Source: Thalassobaculaceae bacterium (lineage in GTDB: Bacteria; Pseudomonadota; Alphaproteobacteria; Thalassobaculales; Thalassobaculaceae). Taken from it: a stretch of DNA of 64,000 nucleotides. Of this stretch, positions 14,208 through 23,999 are shown piece by piece (the first letter of the stretch is position 1; every line of letters starts with the position of its first letter). The stretch is from positions 4,136,616 through 4,200,615 of the forward strand of contig OZ245843.1 of the NCBI GenBank assembly GCA_965228875.1. The letters are read 5' to 3'. Under the pieces are notes generated by a model. It was not told the DNA's origin. It was given only the letters and a program-made list of their open reading frames with translations, and did not search any database. The translations under genes and the position numbers were made by a program.

Positions 14208-15080
14208 ATGCAAGCGGCCCGGCTGAGCGGTGGGCGCGTGCATCTGCAGGACGGCCCGATCGATCTGATCCTCCGGGCCGAGGGGCCGGGCCGCGCGCGG
14301 GCGGAACACGCCGCCCTCGCCGCGTTCGACGGTCTGCTGCCGGCTCTGGTCGGGGAACTGGCGATTCTGCGCCGGCCGATCGCGGACCCGCCGGCGGCCG
14401 TCTCGGGGCCTGTCGCCCGGCGAATGGTGGCCGCCGTGCTGCCGTACGCCGGCCGGTTCGTGACGCCGATGGCCGCCGTCGCCGGGGCGGTCGCCGATCA
14501 TGTGCTTGCGGCGATGGTCGAGGCCGCGCCGGGCCTGAGCCGGGCGTGGGTCAACGACGGCGGCGACATCGCCCTGCACCTGGCGCCGGGAGAGCGGCTC
14601 GAGCTTGGGCTGATTCCGGATCTCGGAGGGCCGGCCCTCGCCGGACGCGCGGCGATCGGCCATCGCGACCCGGTCCGCGGGGTGGCGACCAGCGGGCGTG
14701 GCGGCCGCTCCCTCTCCCTGGGCATCGCCGATGCGGTGACTGTGCTGGCCGGCAATGCGGCCGCCGCCGACGTCGCCGCGACGCTGATCGCCAATGCCGT
14801 GGATCTGCCTGACCATCCGTCTGTTCGCCGCGGCCCGGCATGCGACGAGGATCCGGACAGCGATCTCGGCGATCTCCCCGTCGTGCTGGAGGTCGGCGCG
14901 CTGTCCGAAGCGGATATCGATCGGGCGTTGGATGCCGGTGCCGCGGTCGCCGACGGGTTGATAAACACACCGCTGATTGTTGGGGTTATACTGCATCTGA
15001 GAGACCGGTGGCGCGTGGTCGGTGAACCGGTCTCGGGCATCGGGGAACGGCACGACCGGATCAGCCGAAAAGGCGAATGA
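14208..15080 (+). CDS. UPF0280 / ApbE-superfamily protein
   Basis: HLQDGPIDL, TPMAAVAGAVAD, VNDGGDIA, GVATSGRGGRSLSLGIADAVTV. Confidence 0.85.
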   Translation: MQAARLSGGRVHLQDGPIDLILRAEGPGRARAEHAALAAFDGLLPALVGELAILRRPIADPPAAVSGPVARRMVAAVLPYAGRFVTPMAAVAGAVADHVLAAMVEAAPGLSRAWVNDGGDIALHLAPGERLELGLIPDLGGPALAGRAAIGHRDPVRGVATSGRGGRSLSLGIADAVTVLAGNAAAADVAATLIANAVDLPDHPSVRRGPACDEDPDSDLGDLPVVLEVGALSEADIDRALDAGAAVADGLINTPLIVGVILHLRDRWRVVGEPVSGIGERHDRISRKGE

Positions 15081-15128
15081 CGGTAAGAACAGGCCGGCCC
15101 GGCACGAACGGGTAGTCGATTGGGGGGA

Positions 15129-17267
15129 ATGTCGATGGCTGACGCCAACGAGCCGAACGAGACAGCGCGCATTCGCCGACTGTTCCGGCTGTCGGAACTG
15201 GGCCGTGCCGAGGAGGGGCGGTCGCTGGCGAAGGGGGCGATTGACCGCTTCTACCGCATGGCAACGGCTCACGAGGACATGGCACCGCTGTTCGCGGACG
15301 CCGATCTCGGGCAGTTGAAGGATCGGCAACAGCGTCATTGGGAGGCGCTGTTCGCCAGCAACGACGATGCCGACCTGGAGCAGGTGCTGAATTCCTCGAC
15401 GCGGATCGGCCAGGTGCATGTCGACGCCGCGATCGATCCCGCGACCTACCTCGCCGGCTACGAATCTCTCACCGAGAACCTGATCGTCGGTCTGCTGAAC
15501 ACCTCGATCAAGGGCGAGCGGCGCGATACGGCGGTTCGGAACATCCTGCGGCGCTGCTTCGCCGACATGGCGGCCAGTATCGTCGCCTACGGCAGCACGT
15601 CGTCGGAGCAGGACGCGCAGGGTCGGCTGATGGCGATGTCGGACAGCCTGGAACGCGAGATGACCACGACGTTCTCCGAAGTCGGTCATCAGGTGCAGAC
15701 CCTGACCCAGGTCGCCGGACAGTTGGAGGGTATCGCCAACGACGTCACCGCCGCGACGGGCACCGTCGGATCAAGCGCCCAGAACACCCGCGACGGAGTG
15801 AACATCGTCGCCAGCGCCGCACAGGAACTCGAGGCGTCGAGCCAGGAGATCTCCGACCAGACCAACGGCGCGGCGCAGAAGGCCGAGGCGGCGCTTGCCG
15901 ACATCGACGAGGCCAAGCGCGCCATGGAACTGCTGACCGAGAGCGCGGCGGCCATCGGCGGCGTGACCGAACTGGTCCAGAGCATCGCCAAGCAGACGCG
16001 CCTGCTGGCGCTCAACGCGACGATCGAGGCGGCCCGCGCGGGCGACGCCGGCAAGGGGTTCGCCGTGGTCGCGGGAGAGGTCAAGTCGCTTGCCGCCGAG
16101 ACCGAGAAGGCGATCGCGTCGGTCCAGCAGCGCACCCAGCAGATTTCCTCCTCGACCGACTCGGTCAACCTGGCGCTCGGCAGCATCGTCTCCGGGGTCG
16201 AGGAGCTGTCACAGCGTGCCGGGGCGGTGGCGACCTCGGCCGGCGAGCAGCGCGCGGCCATCGCCGAGATCGCCCGCAGTGCCGAGCGCGCCTCGGAGGA
16301 GACCGGTCAGGTGGCCGACCAGATCGGCTCGGTCCAGGACACGGCGCAGGCTTCCCTGCGGGCGGCCGACCGGCTGTCGGACGTGGCGGGACGGCTGGGC
16401 CGCGACATCGGCGACCTGCAGCGGCGGATCACCACCATGCTGCGCTCGTCGGGTGCGGGCGACCGCCGGCAGGCCGAGCGCGTGGCCGTCGGTCTGCCCG
16501 GCGTCCTGTCGGTCGGCGGGGCAACGGTTCAAGGCTATACGGTCGACCTGTCCTATTCGGGCGGCCTGTTCTTCCCGGGCCTCGACGACCGGATGGTCGG
16601 CCAGGAAGGGCATGTTGAGGTCGACGGCCTCGGTCGGATGCGCGCGCGGGTGGTCGGCAACAGCCAACTCGGCTCGCATCTGCAGTTCCTTGGCCTGACG
16701 CAGGCCGACCTCGGCCGGATTCGGCATACGATCGAGGCGACCAAGGGCCGGGACGGGCCGCTGGTGGCGATGTGCCGGGAGGCCGCGGGCAAGCTCTCCG
16801 GCGCTCTTTCCACCGCCCTGCAGTCCGGTCGGATCGACATGGCGGCACTGTTCGACGACGACTACGTTCCGATCGACGGTACCGACCCGCAGCAGTACAG
16901 CACCCGCTTCCTGGCGCTGACGGACGAGCTGTTTCCGGCGGTTCAGGAATCGGTCGTGTCCCGCGACGGATCGATCGTGTTCTGCGCGGCGGTCGACCGC
17001 AACGCCTACCTGCCGACCCATAACGCGGCCTTCTCCAAGCCGCAGCGGCCGGGCGACACGGTCTGGAACACGGCCAACAGCCGCAACCGGCGGATCTTCG
17101 ACGACCGCGCCGGCCTGCTCGCCGCCCGTAACACCGACGAGCACAAGATCCAGAGCTATGTCCGGGACATGGGCGGCGGCAACAAGCAGGTGCTGAAGGA
17201 GATCGACTGTCCGATCCGCGTGGCGGACCGGATCTGGGGCAACCTGCGGCTCGCCTACCGGAACTGA
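15129..17267 (+). CDS. Soluble methyl-accepting chemotaxis protein: globin sensor + MCP signalling + PilZ + C-terminal domain
   Basis: Globin-like IDRFY...[23 protein letters not shown] core [37 protein letters not shown]; PilZ RRQAER/DLSYSGG; no transmembrane segment evident; start could be 15135. Confidence 0.85.
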   Translation: MSMADANEPNETARIRRLFRLSELGRAEEGRSLAKGAIDRFYRMATAHEDMAPLFADADLGQLKDRQQRHWEALFASNDDADLEQVLNSSTRIGQVHVDAAIDPATYLAGYESLTENLIVGLLNTSIKGERRDTAVRNILRRCFADMAASIVAYGSTSSEQDAQGRLMAMSDSLEREMTTTFSEVGHQVQTLTQVAGQLEGIANDVTAATGTVGSSAQNTRDGVNIVASAAQELEASSQEISDQTNGAAQKAEAALADIDEAKRAMELLTESAAAIGGVTELVQSIAKQTRLLALNATIEAARAGDAGKGFAVVAGEVKSLAAETEKAIASVQQRTQQISSSTDSVNLALGSIVSGVEELSQRAGAVATSAGEQRAAIAEIARSAERASEETGQVADQIGSVQDTAQASLRAADRLSDVAGRLGRDIGDLQRRITTMLRSSGAGDRRQAERVAVGLPGVLSVGGATVQGYTVDLSYSGGLFFPGLDDRMVGQEGHVEVDGLGRMRARVVGNSQLGSHLQFLGLTQADLGRIRHTIEATKGRDGPLVAMCREAAGKLSGALSTALQSGRIDMAALFDDDYVPIDGTDPQQYSTRFLALTDELFPAVQESVVSRDGSIVFCAAVDRNAYLPTHNAAFSKPQRPGDTVWNTANSRNRRIFDDRAGLLAARNTDEHKIQSYVRDMGGGNKQVLKEIDCPIRVADRIWGNLRLAYRN

Positions 17268-17300
17268 CGCAATTCCGGCGCTCGATGCAGGTCCCGGCGC

Positions 17301-17314
17301 TTGATGTAGGTCAA
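17301..17314. promoter_or_regulatory. FNR/FixK-type box upstream of hsp20
   Basis: TTGAT-GTAG-GTCAA versus consensus TTGAT-N4-ATCAA; candidate -10 TAGGCT at 17336, consistent with class II spacing. Confidence 0.65.
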
Positions 17315-17387
17315 TGCCGGTCGATGGCCGCTTGGTAGGCTGTGAATGTCCCGTTCAGGGCAATCACGTTCCGCCAAGGAGGTCAGA

Positions 17388-17846
17388 ATGGTCGAAGGCG
17401 TTCCCTCCCATGCCGATTGGTGGCCGCAGGTCATGGACCCGCTGCGCCGCTTCGGTCACCGTGTCGCCGAGTTCTTCAGCCCGCCATCGGATGCGTCGAC
17501 GTCCAAGGATGCCTACGTCATCGAGATCGAACTGCCGGGCGTGAAGGAGGAGGACATCCACGTCGAGGTCCATGGCGACCAGATGACGATCAGCGGCGAG
17601 AAGCGCTCGTCCCGCGACGAGAAGACCGACAGCTACATCTTCTCCGAGCGGACCTACGGATCGTTCCGCCGTTCCTTCCGCTTTCCGCCCGACGTCGAGG
17701 AAGGGGGCATCAAGGCGCACTGCGAGGACGGCATCCTGCGCATCACCCTGCCGCGGCGCACCGACACCGAGCAGGGCAAGCGGAAGATCGAGATCCAGCG
17801 CCCGCCGCGGGGCGTGACCGGCGATCCGAGGCCGAACTTCGAATAG
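17388..17846 (+). CDS. Hsp20/alpha-crystallin small heat-shock protein
   Basis: ELPGVKEEDIHV, ERTYGSFRRSFRFP, A...DGILRITLP; AAGGAGG RBS. Confidence 0.92.
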   Translation: MVEGVPSHADWWPQVMDPLRRFGHRVAEFFSPPSDASTSKDAYVIEIELPGVKEEDIHVEVHGDQMTISGEKRSSRDEKTDSYIFSERTYGSFRRSFRFPPDVEEGGIKAHCEDGILRITLPRRTDTEQGKRKIEIQRPPRGVTGDPRPNFE

Positions 17847-17959
17847 AGCAGATCACGAACAGATGGATACATCTGATCGTATGAATTTGGTCTGTTTTTA
17901 ATGACTTAGAGTACGATTCACGCATCAGATCGATTCGATCTGAAGCGATCGCACTCTAG
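17844..17959 (+). repeat. ~116-bp palindromic intergenic repeat, copy A
   Basis: TAGAGC...CTCTAG ends; inner hairpins CAGATG-GATA-CATCTG and TCAGATCG-ATT-CGATCTGA; central TTAATGACTTAG; aligns with copies at 20907, 24000, 37875 and 41518. Confidence 0.9.
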
Positions 17960-17984
17960 TCTCTGTGGCCGGGCGCCAGGGTTT

Positions 17985-18039
17985 CCGCCGCCCAAGGAGG
18001 TCCCGCCGCCCAACGAGGTCCCGCCACCGAGGTGGCGGG
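17985..18039. terminator. GC-rich hairpin preceded by a degenerate 18-bp tandem repeat, between convergent hsp20 and SDR genes
   Basis: CCGCCGCCCAA(G/C)GAGGTC x2, then CCCGCCACC-GA-GGTGGCGGG inverted repeat; no U-tract. Confidence 0.45.
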
Positions 18040-18046
18040 GCCGGTC

Positions 18047-18829
18047 TCAGCCGTCCCGAGGCTCGATCACGTGGCCCTGGGACAGCCGTCCGCCATCGGC
18101 GTAGATCACCTGGCCGGTGACGTAGGAGCTGTCGTCGCTGGCCAGGAAGACGGCGACCCCGGCCATCTCGTCGGGCTCGGCGGGGCGGCGCATGGGGGTG
18201 CGCATCTCGACCCGCCGGGCGGCCGCATTGTCGGTCATGATGGCGGCGCGCAGCATGTCGGTGGCGACGCTGCCGGGGCCGATGGCGTTGACCCGGATGC
18301 CGTGATCCGCGAGTTCCATCGCCATGGTCTTGGTCAGCTGCGCGACCCCGCCCTTGGAGGCGTTGTAGGCCGCCAGGCTGTTCGGGGCGATGACCGAGTT
18401 GACCGAGGCGGTGTTGACGATCCGCCCGGGCGTCCCGCGCGCCACCATGCGGCGCGCCGCCTCCTGGCCGGTCAGGAACACGCCCTTGAGGTTGACGGCG
18501 ATGACCCGGTCGAAGGTCTCGTCGTCGAGGTCCAGGAACGGGGTGTTGTGGATGATGCCGGCGTTGGCGACGACGATGTCGAGCCCGCCATAAGCCTCGA
18601 TCGTGCGGTCCATGAGCGCGGCGACCTGTTCCCGGTCGGTCACGTCGCAGGCGATGAATCGCGCCTCGCCGCCGGCCTCCCTGACCGCGCCGACCGTGGC
18701 GTCCCCGGCCATCGGATCGGCGTCGGAGACCACGACCTTCGCCCCCTCCAGCGCGAAGCGCCTGGCGATGGCGGCACCGATTCCCCGCGCCGCGCCGGTG
18801 ACGACGGCGACCTTGTTTGCGAGACGCAT
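18047..18829 (-). CDS. Short-chain dehydrogenase/reductase (SDR)
   Basis: TGAARGIG, VANAG, YNASKGG (YxxxK), IRVNAIGPG. Confidence 0.93.
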   Translation of the reverse strand: MRLANKVAVVTGAARGIGAAIARRFALEGAKVVVSDADPMAGDATVGAVREAGGEARFIACDVTDREQVAALMDRTIEAYGGLDIVVANAGIIHNTPFLDLDDETFDRVIAVNLKGVFLTGQEAARRMVARGTPGRIVNTASVNSVIAPNSLAAYNASKGGVAQLTKTMAMELADHGIRVNAIGPGSVATDMLRAAIMTDNAAARRVEMRTPMRRPAEPDEMAGVAVFLASDDSSYVTGQVIYADGGRLSQGHVIEPRDG

Positions 18830-18833
18830 AACT

Positions 18834-20732
18834 CTACCCCTTGTTCGCGTAACCGATTGTGCGCAGCGAGTCCCCGATCTCGTCGAGGATCGCCGGATCG
18901 TCGATGGTCGCCGGCATGTTGAAGCTCTCGCTGTCGGCGATCTTCTGCATGGTGGCGCGCAGGATCTTGCCCGACCGGGTCTTCGGCAGCCGCTGGACGA
19001 CCGTCGCCTGCTTGAACGCCGCGACCGGGCCGATGCGGTCGCGCACCATCTGTACGACCTCCCCGACGATCTCGTCGTGCGGGCGGTTCACGCCGTCCTT
19101 CAGCACCAGGAAGCCGAGCGGTACCTGGCCCTTGAGATCGTCGGCCACGCCGATCACGGCGCACTCGGCGACGTCCTGGTGGCTGGCCAGGACCTCCTCC
19201 ATGCCGCCGGTGGACAGACGGTGACCGGCGACGTTGATGATGTCGTCGGTGCGCGACATGACGTGCAGGTAGCCGTCCTCGTCGACGATCCCGGCGTCGC
19301 CGGTCTGGTAGTAGCCCGGGTACTCGGCCATGTAGCTGTCGACGAAGCGGTCATCGTTGTTCCACAGCGTCGGCAGTGCCGCCGGCGCCATCGGCAGCTT
19401 GATGGCCAGCGCGCCGATCTCCCCGGCCGGCATCTCCTCGCCCTCCGGCGACAGCGCATGCACCTCGTAGCCCGGTACCGGGCGGGTCGGCGATCCCGGC
19501 TTGAACGGCAGCAGCTCGATGCCGAGACAGTTCGAGGCGATGGGCGAGCCGGTCTCGGTTTGCCACCAGTTGTCGATCACCGGCACCCTGAGCATGTCCT
19601 GCGCCCAGGTGAGCGTGTCCGGATCGCAGCGTTCGCCGGCCAGGAACTGCGCCCTGTAGTGGGACAGGTCGTAGTTCCCCAGCAGTTTTCCCTGGGGGTC
19701 CTCCTTCTTGATGGCGCGCAGCGCGGTCGGGGCGGTGAACATCGCCTTGACCTTGTGCTCGGCGATCACCCGCCAGAACGCGCCGGCGTCGGGCGTGCCG
19801 ATCGGCTTGCCCTCGTAGAGGATCGTGGTGCAGCCGTGGAACAGCGGCGCGTAGACGATGTAGGAGTGGCCGACGACCCAGCCGACATCGGAGGCGGCCC
19901 AGTACACGTCGCCGGTCTGCATGCCGTAGATGTTCGGCATCGTCCATTTCAGCGTGACCAGGTGGCCGCCGGTGGCGCGCACCACGCCTTTCGGCACGCC
20001 GGTCGTCCCGGAGGTGTATAGGATGTAGACCGGATCCTCGGCCTTCACCGGCACGCAGTCGGCCGGCGCGGCGGCGGCCTCGGCATCCTCCCACAGCAGG
20101 TCGCGTCCGGGGATCAGCGACGCCGGTTCCTGCGGGCGCTGTTTGATGACGCAGTGGTCGGGTTTGTGGGTGGCCAGCTCGATGGCGCCGTCGAGCAGCG
20201 GCTTGTAGTGCACAACCTTCTGACCCTCGAGCCCGCAGGAGGCGGTGACGATCACCTTCGGTTTGGCGTCGTCGATGCGGGTGGCCAGTTCCTTCGACGC
20301 GAAGCCGCCGAAGACGACCGAGTGGATGGCGCCGATGCGGGTGCAGGCGAGCATGGCGACGACCGCCTCGGGGATCATCGGCATGTAGAGAATGACCCGG
20401 TCGCCATAGCCCACCCCCAGACCGGCCAGAGCGCCGGCGAAACGGGCGGTGCGCTCCTTGAGCTGGCGGTAGGTGATGGTCTCGACGGTGTTCGTGACCG
20501 GACTGTCGTAGATGATCGCGGGCTGCTCGCCACGACCCTCGTCGACATGGCGGTCGACCGCGTTGAAGCAGGTGTTGGTCTCGCCGCCGACGAACCACCG
20601 GTAGAAGGGCGGCCTGCTGTCGTCGAGGACCTGATCCCAACGTCGTGTCCAGACCACGTCTTCCGCGGCCGCGGCCCAAAACGCCTGCGGATCGCTCCGC
20701 CAGGACCCGTAGACGTCCTCGAACTGGCCCAT
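18834..20732 (-). CDS. prpE: Propionyl-CoA synthetase
   Basis: YILYTSGTTGVPKGV, ASDVGWVVGHSYIVYAPL, YEGKPIGTPDAG, DNWWQTETG, LPKTRSGKILR. Confidence 0.88.
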   Translation of the reverse strand: MGQFEDVYGSWRSDPQAFWAAAAEDVVWTRRWDQVLDDSRPPFYRWFVGGETNTCFNAVDRHVDEGRGEQPAIIYDSPVTNTVETITYRQLKERTARFAGALAGLGVGYGDRVILYMPMIPEAVVAMLACTRIGAIHSVVFGGFASKELATRIDDAKPKVIVTASCGLEGQKVVHYKPLLDGAIELATHKPDHCVIKQRPQEPASLIPGRDLLWEDAEAAAAPADCVPVKAEDPVYILYTSGTTGVPKGVVRATGGHLVTLKWTMPNIYGMQTGDVYWAASDVGWVVGHSYIVYAPLFHGCTTILYEGKPIGTPDAGAFWRVIAEHKVKAMFTAPTALRAIKKEDPQGKLLGNYDLSHYRAQFLAGERCDPDTLTWAQDMLRVPVIDNWWQTETGSPIASNCLGIELLPFKPGSPTRPVPGYEVHALSPEGEEMPAGEIGALAIKLPMAPAALPTLWNNDDRFVDSYMAEYPGYYQTGDAGIVDEDGYLHVMSRTDDIINVAGHRLSTGGMEEVLASHQDVAECAVIGVADDLKGQVPLGFLVLKDGVNRPHDEIVGEVVQMVRDRIGPVAAFKQATVVQRLPKTRSGKILRATMQKIADSESFNMPATIDDPAILDEIGDSLRTIGYANKG

Positions 20733-20906
20733 CCTTGCGACCTCCCATGTCGACGGGGCCGTTCTCGGCCCGCTTTCGTTCCATTGAGAGCGACTCTAGG
20801 CGGGTGTCGGCTGGTTTGTTAAGGGTCGTGTGGCCGCAGGCCGCCGCGCGCGCCGGGGAGCGGGCAGGCGGTACGGCTGTTCGCTTGCGCCGCCCCGGCC
20901 CAGCCG

Positions 20907-21023
20907 CTAGAGCGCGAGCGATTCAGGTCGCATCGATCTGACCCCTGATTCGTCCTCTAAGTCATTAAAGACAGAGCAAATTCACACGATCCGATGTTTC
21001 CATTTGATCGTGATTTGCTTTAG
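20907..21023 (-). repeat. ~116-bp palindromic intergenic repeat, copy B
   Basis: Reverse complement reads CTAAAGCAAATCACGATCAAATGGAAACATCGGATCGTGTGAATTTGCTCTGTCTTTAATGACTTAGAGG...GCTCTAG, matching copy A. Confidence 0.9.
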
Positions 21024-21060
21024 CTTCCGGCCCAAATCCTGGGATCTGCGGCGGACCGCC

Positions 21061-22158
21061 ATGGCCGATATCATCTCGAACAAGGAGCTGCTCGACCGTT
21101 ATGGCGCCCTGTGCGCCCAGGCCGACCGGCACGCCGGGGACGGCTGGCGTTCCGACCACGAGGACGGGATCAAGCGTGGTCTGTCGATCCGCGCGGATCA
21201 GCTCGACCGTTTCGCGGACATGGCGATCGGCGGCATCGGCTTCGAGCGGAGCCAGGATTATCAGGGCGCGCCCGTGGCGACCTCCGGTCCGGTGTCGCGC
21301 GTTCCGGCGTTCACCGAAGAGCAGACCGGCGCCTATGTCTCGATGCTGCGGCGGGGCATCCACGCCGCGATCGCCGAACTGCGACGGGAACCGTCCGCTA
21401 CCGCCGAGGAATGGCTGAAGACCGTGCGGATCGACGGCGTGGTCGGCGGAGCCACCGTGACCGTCACCCTGATGGGACAGCAGGTCGCGGTCAGCCTGCA
21501 CACCGTGCGGGTCGGGCTTCGGGCGCTGCGCCTGCGCCGCATGGTCGGGGCGATCCCGCGGGCGGTGATGGAGATCGGCGGTGGCCACGGTCGGTTCGTG
21601 CGCGACGTGCTGATGCTGGCGCCGAGCACCCGCGTCGTCTATTGCGACCTCACCTTCAACCTGCTGCTCGCCGCCCGGTACCTGACCCGGGTGTTCGGCG
21701 ACGACGTCCATCTCGCCTGGGATGACGCGGTTCCGGTACCGGCCGACGCCAGGATCGTCCTGCTGCCCCCCTGGCGGATCGCCGAGATCCCATTTCCGGT
21801 CGAGGTGTGCTGCAACTTCCTCAGTTTTCACCATATGGAGCAGGGCAACGTGCGCTACTACGCCGACCGCTTGGCGGAGATCGACGTCGCGGCGATCTAC
21901 CATCACAACCGACTCGAGCCGCTCTACGCCCGGGAGGCGAGGCTCGACGACAGCGGCTTCGGACCCGGATGGCGGTCGGTGGCGCGCGCCACGCGCTCGA
22001 CGTCGCTGGCCGGGCTCAAGTCGGGCGGCCACAGGGAGGTCGTGGTGTACGAGGAACTGCTCGCCCATGAGCGTCATGCCGACCGCTACGCCGCGGCGTA
22101 CCGGGAACACGCAGCCTACGAGCAGGGTCTGGACCGGCCCGGACAGGGGGCAACATGA
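21061..22158 (+). CDS. Putative sugar O-methyltransferase (SAM-dependent, TIGR04371-like)
   Basis: VMEIGGGHGRF SAM motif I, YCDL..NL, NFLSFHHME...VRYY. Confidence 0.65.
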   Translation: MADIISNKELLDRYGALCAQADRHAGDGWRSDHEDGIKRGLSIRADQLDRFADMAIGGIGFERSQDYQGAPVATSGPVSRVPAFTEEQTGAYVSMLRRGIHAAIAELRREPSATAEEWLKTVRIDGVVGGATVTVTLMGQQVAVSLHTVRVGLRALRLRRMVGAIPRAVMEIGGGHGRFVRDVLMLAPSTRVVYCDLTFNLLLAARYLTRVFGDDVHLAWDDAVPVPADARIVLLPPWRIAEIPFPVEVCCNFLSFHHMEQGNVRYYADRLAEIDVAAIYHHNRLEPLYAREARLDDSGFGPGWRSVARATRSTSLAGLKSGGHREVVVYEELLAHERHADRYAAAYREHAAYEQGLDRPGQGAT

Positions 22159-23309
22159 CCGGCTCGGCGGGGCCGAAGGGGAGCGGCGGCGGTCCGGTCT
22201 CCAGCGAGGACCTGGTCGCCCGGTACCGGGATCTCTGTGCAGCCGCCGACCGACACGCCGGGGAGGGGTGGCGCTCGCCGCACGAGGACGGCCAGAAGCG
22301 CGCTCTCACGATCGGTCCGGGCGAACTCGACGTGTTCGCCAGCATGCTGATCGGCGGCATCGGTTTCGAGGCGCATACCGACTTTCAGGGGCATCGGCCG
22401 CCGAACGCCGGGCCGGTCGGCCCGCAGCCTGCCTTCTCCGCCGAGCAGACCGACGCCTATCGCAGGCTGCTTCTGGACACTGTCAGACAGGAAATGGCGT
22501 TCATTGCCGCCGAGCCGACGATCGAGCCGCGGGAATGGCTCGATCTCGTGCGCATGGACGGGGTCGTCGGCGGACGCCGGTCCATGATCACGCTGTACGG
22601 CGAACAGGTCCCGGTCAGCCTGCACACCGCGCGGGTGTCGCGCCGGGTCTTCGAACTGCGCCGGGCGCTCGGCCATGTCCCCCGTTCGATCGTCGAGATC
22701 GGCGGCGGACACGGGAAATTCGTGCGCGATGTCCTGAGGCTCGCGCCCCGTGTGCGCGTGGTCTACTGTGACCTGGTCTTCAATCTGCTGCTCGCCGCCC
22801 GCTACCTGACCCGGCTGCACGGCTCCGACGTCCACCTGGCCTGGGAGGACGGCGTGCCGATTCCGGCCGACGCGCGGATCGTTCTGGTGCCGCCGTGGCG
22901 GCTGCGCGAGGTGCCGTTCCCGGTGGAGGTCTGCTGCAATTTCCTGAGCTTCCAGCATATGGAGGCGGAGAACATCCGCTACTACGGCGATGCGCTGGCG
23001 GCCCTCGACGTCGCCGTGATCTATCACCACAACCGATCGCGGCCTCTGCGGGGGCACGAGGCGACGCTTGCCGCCGGCGCGTTCGGGCCGGACTGGCAGC
23101 GGCTGGCGACCCGTGCCCGGTCGGCGGCCGTGGGCGTCGATCCCTCCGGCCGGCAGACCGATCTGGTGATCAACGAGGCTGTCGATGTGCATGCCCGCCA
23201 TCGCGCGCGCTACACCTCCCTCTTCCGCCTGCAGAACGCCTTTTCGACGGTTCGATCCCGCCTTCAGGACCTGGAAGCGGCGACATCGAATCCAAACGAG
23301 AGCTCATAA
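22155..23309 (+). CDS. Putative sugar O-methyltransferase, tandem paralogue
   Basis: IVEIGGGHGKF, YCDLVFNLLLAARYL, CCNFLSFQHME; ATGA overlap with upstream paralogue. Confidence 0.65.
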   Translation: MTGSAGPKGSGGGPVSSEDLVARYRDLCAAADRHAGEGWRSPHEDGQKRALTIGPGELDVFASMLIGGIGFEAHTDFQGHRPPNAGPVGPQPAFSAEQTDAYRRLLLDTVRQEMAFIAAEPTIEPREWLDLVRMDGVVGGRRSMITLYGEQVPVSLHTARVSRRVFELRRALGHVPRSIVEIGGGHGKFVRDVLRLAPRVRVVYCDLVFNLLLAARYLTRLHGSDVHLAWEDGVPIPADARIVLVPPWRLREVPFPVEVCCNFLSFQHMEAENIRYYGDALAALDVAVIYHHNRSRPLRGHEATLAAGAFGPDWQRLATRARSAAVGVDPSGRQTDLVINEAVDVHARHRARYTSLFRLQNAFSTVRSRLQDLEAATSNPNESS

Positions 23310-23407
23310 ATTCTGTTTGTTTATAGTAACTTAGCGGCGACTAAGTTTTGACTTCACGGTCCGGGCGGATTACGAGTGGGCTCTCGAACCCATTGCCCGG
23401 TGCCGTC

Positions 23408-23968
23408 ATGATCTCGACCGTCCTGATCGCCTTCGGCGTGTCCGCCGACGCTTTCGCCGTCGCCGCAGGCAAGGGGGCCGGCCTGCGCGGCCCGGTAGGC
23501 GGTCATGTACTGCGCGCCGGTCTGGTGTTCGGGGCAATGGAGATGGCGGCGCTGCTCGCCGGGTGGATGACCGGGCAGGCCGCGAGTCCGGTGCTGGCGG
23601 CGGTCGATCACTGGATCGCCTTCGCGCTGCTCGGCGGCATCGGATCCAAGATGGTGTGGGAATGCCTTGCCGGATCCGACGCGACGTCCGCGGGGCCGGT
23701 GCGGGGCCGATCCCTTCCGGGCCTCGTGCTGACGGCGCTGGGCACCAGCATAGACACGTTCGCCGTCGGCACCGCCCTGGCCTTCGTCGAGCAGGACGTC
23801 ATCCTGACCGCGTCGATCATCGGCGTCGTCAGCTGTCTGATGGCCTGGGTCGGCTACCTGGTCGGCCGCTATGTCGGCACCGCGCTCGGCCGGGCGGCGG
23901 AGCTTGGCGGCGGGCTGGTTCTGATCGGCATCGGCGTCTCGATCCTGGTCCAGCATCTCATCGGTTGA
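23408..23968 (+). CDS. mntP: Manganese efflux pump MntP family
   Basis: GVSADAFAV, DHWIAFALLGGIGSKM, TSIDTFAVG, AELGGGLVLIGIG; hydrophobic throughout. Confidence 0.85.
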   Translation: MISTVLIAFGVSADAFAVAAGKGAGLRGPVGGHVLRAGLVFGAMEMAALLAGWMTGQAASPVLAAVDHWIAFALLGGIGSKMVWECLAGSDATSAGPVRGRSLPGLVLTALGTSIDTFAVGTALAFVEQDVILTASIIGVVSCLMAWVGYLVGRYVGTALGRAAELGGGLVLIGIGVSILVQHLIG

Positions 23969-23999
23969 CCGGCAGCGGAGCGTTTCGGCGGATGTCGGT

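Noticed and set aside
17340..17390. ROSE thermometer or RpoH promoter before hsp20
   Set aside because: No U(U/C)GCU motif pairing with the SD and no convincing CTTGAA...CCCCAT pair were found; an FNR-type box fits better.
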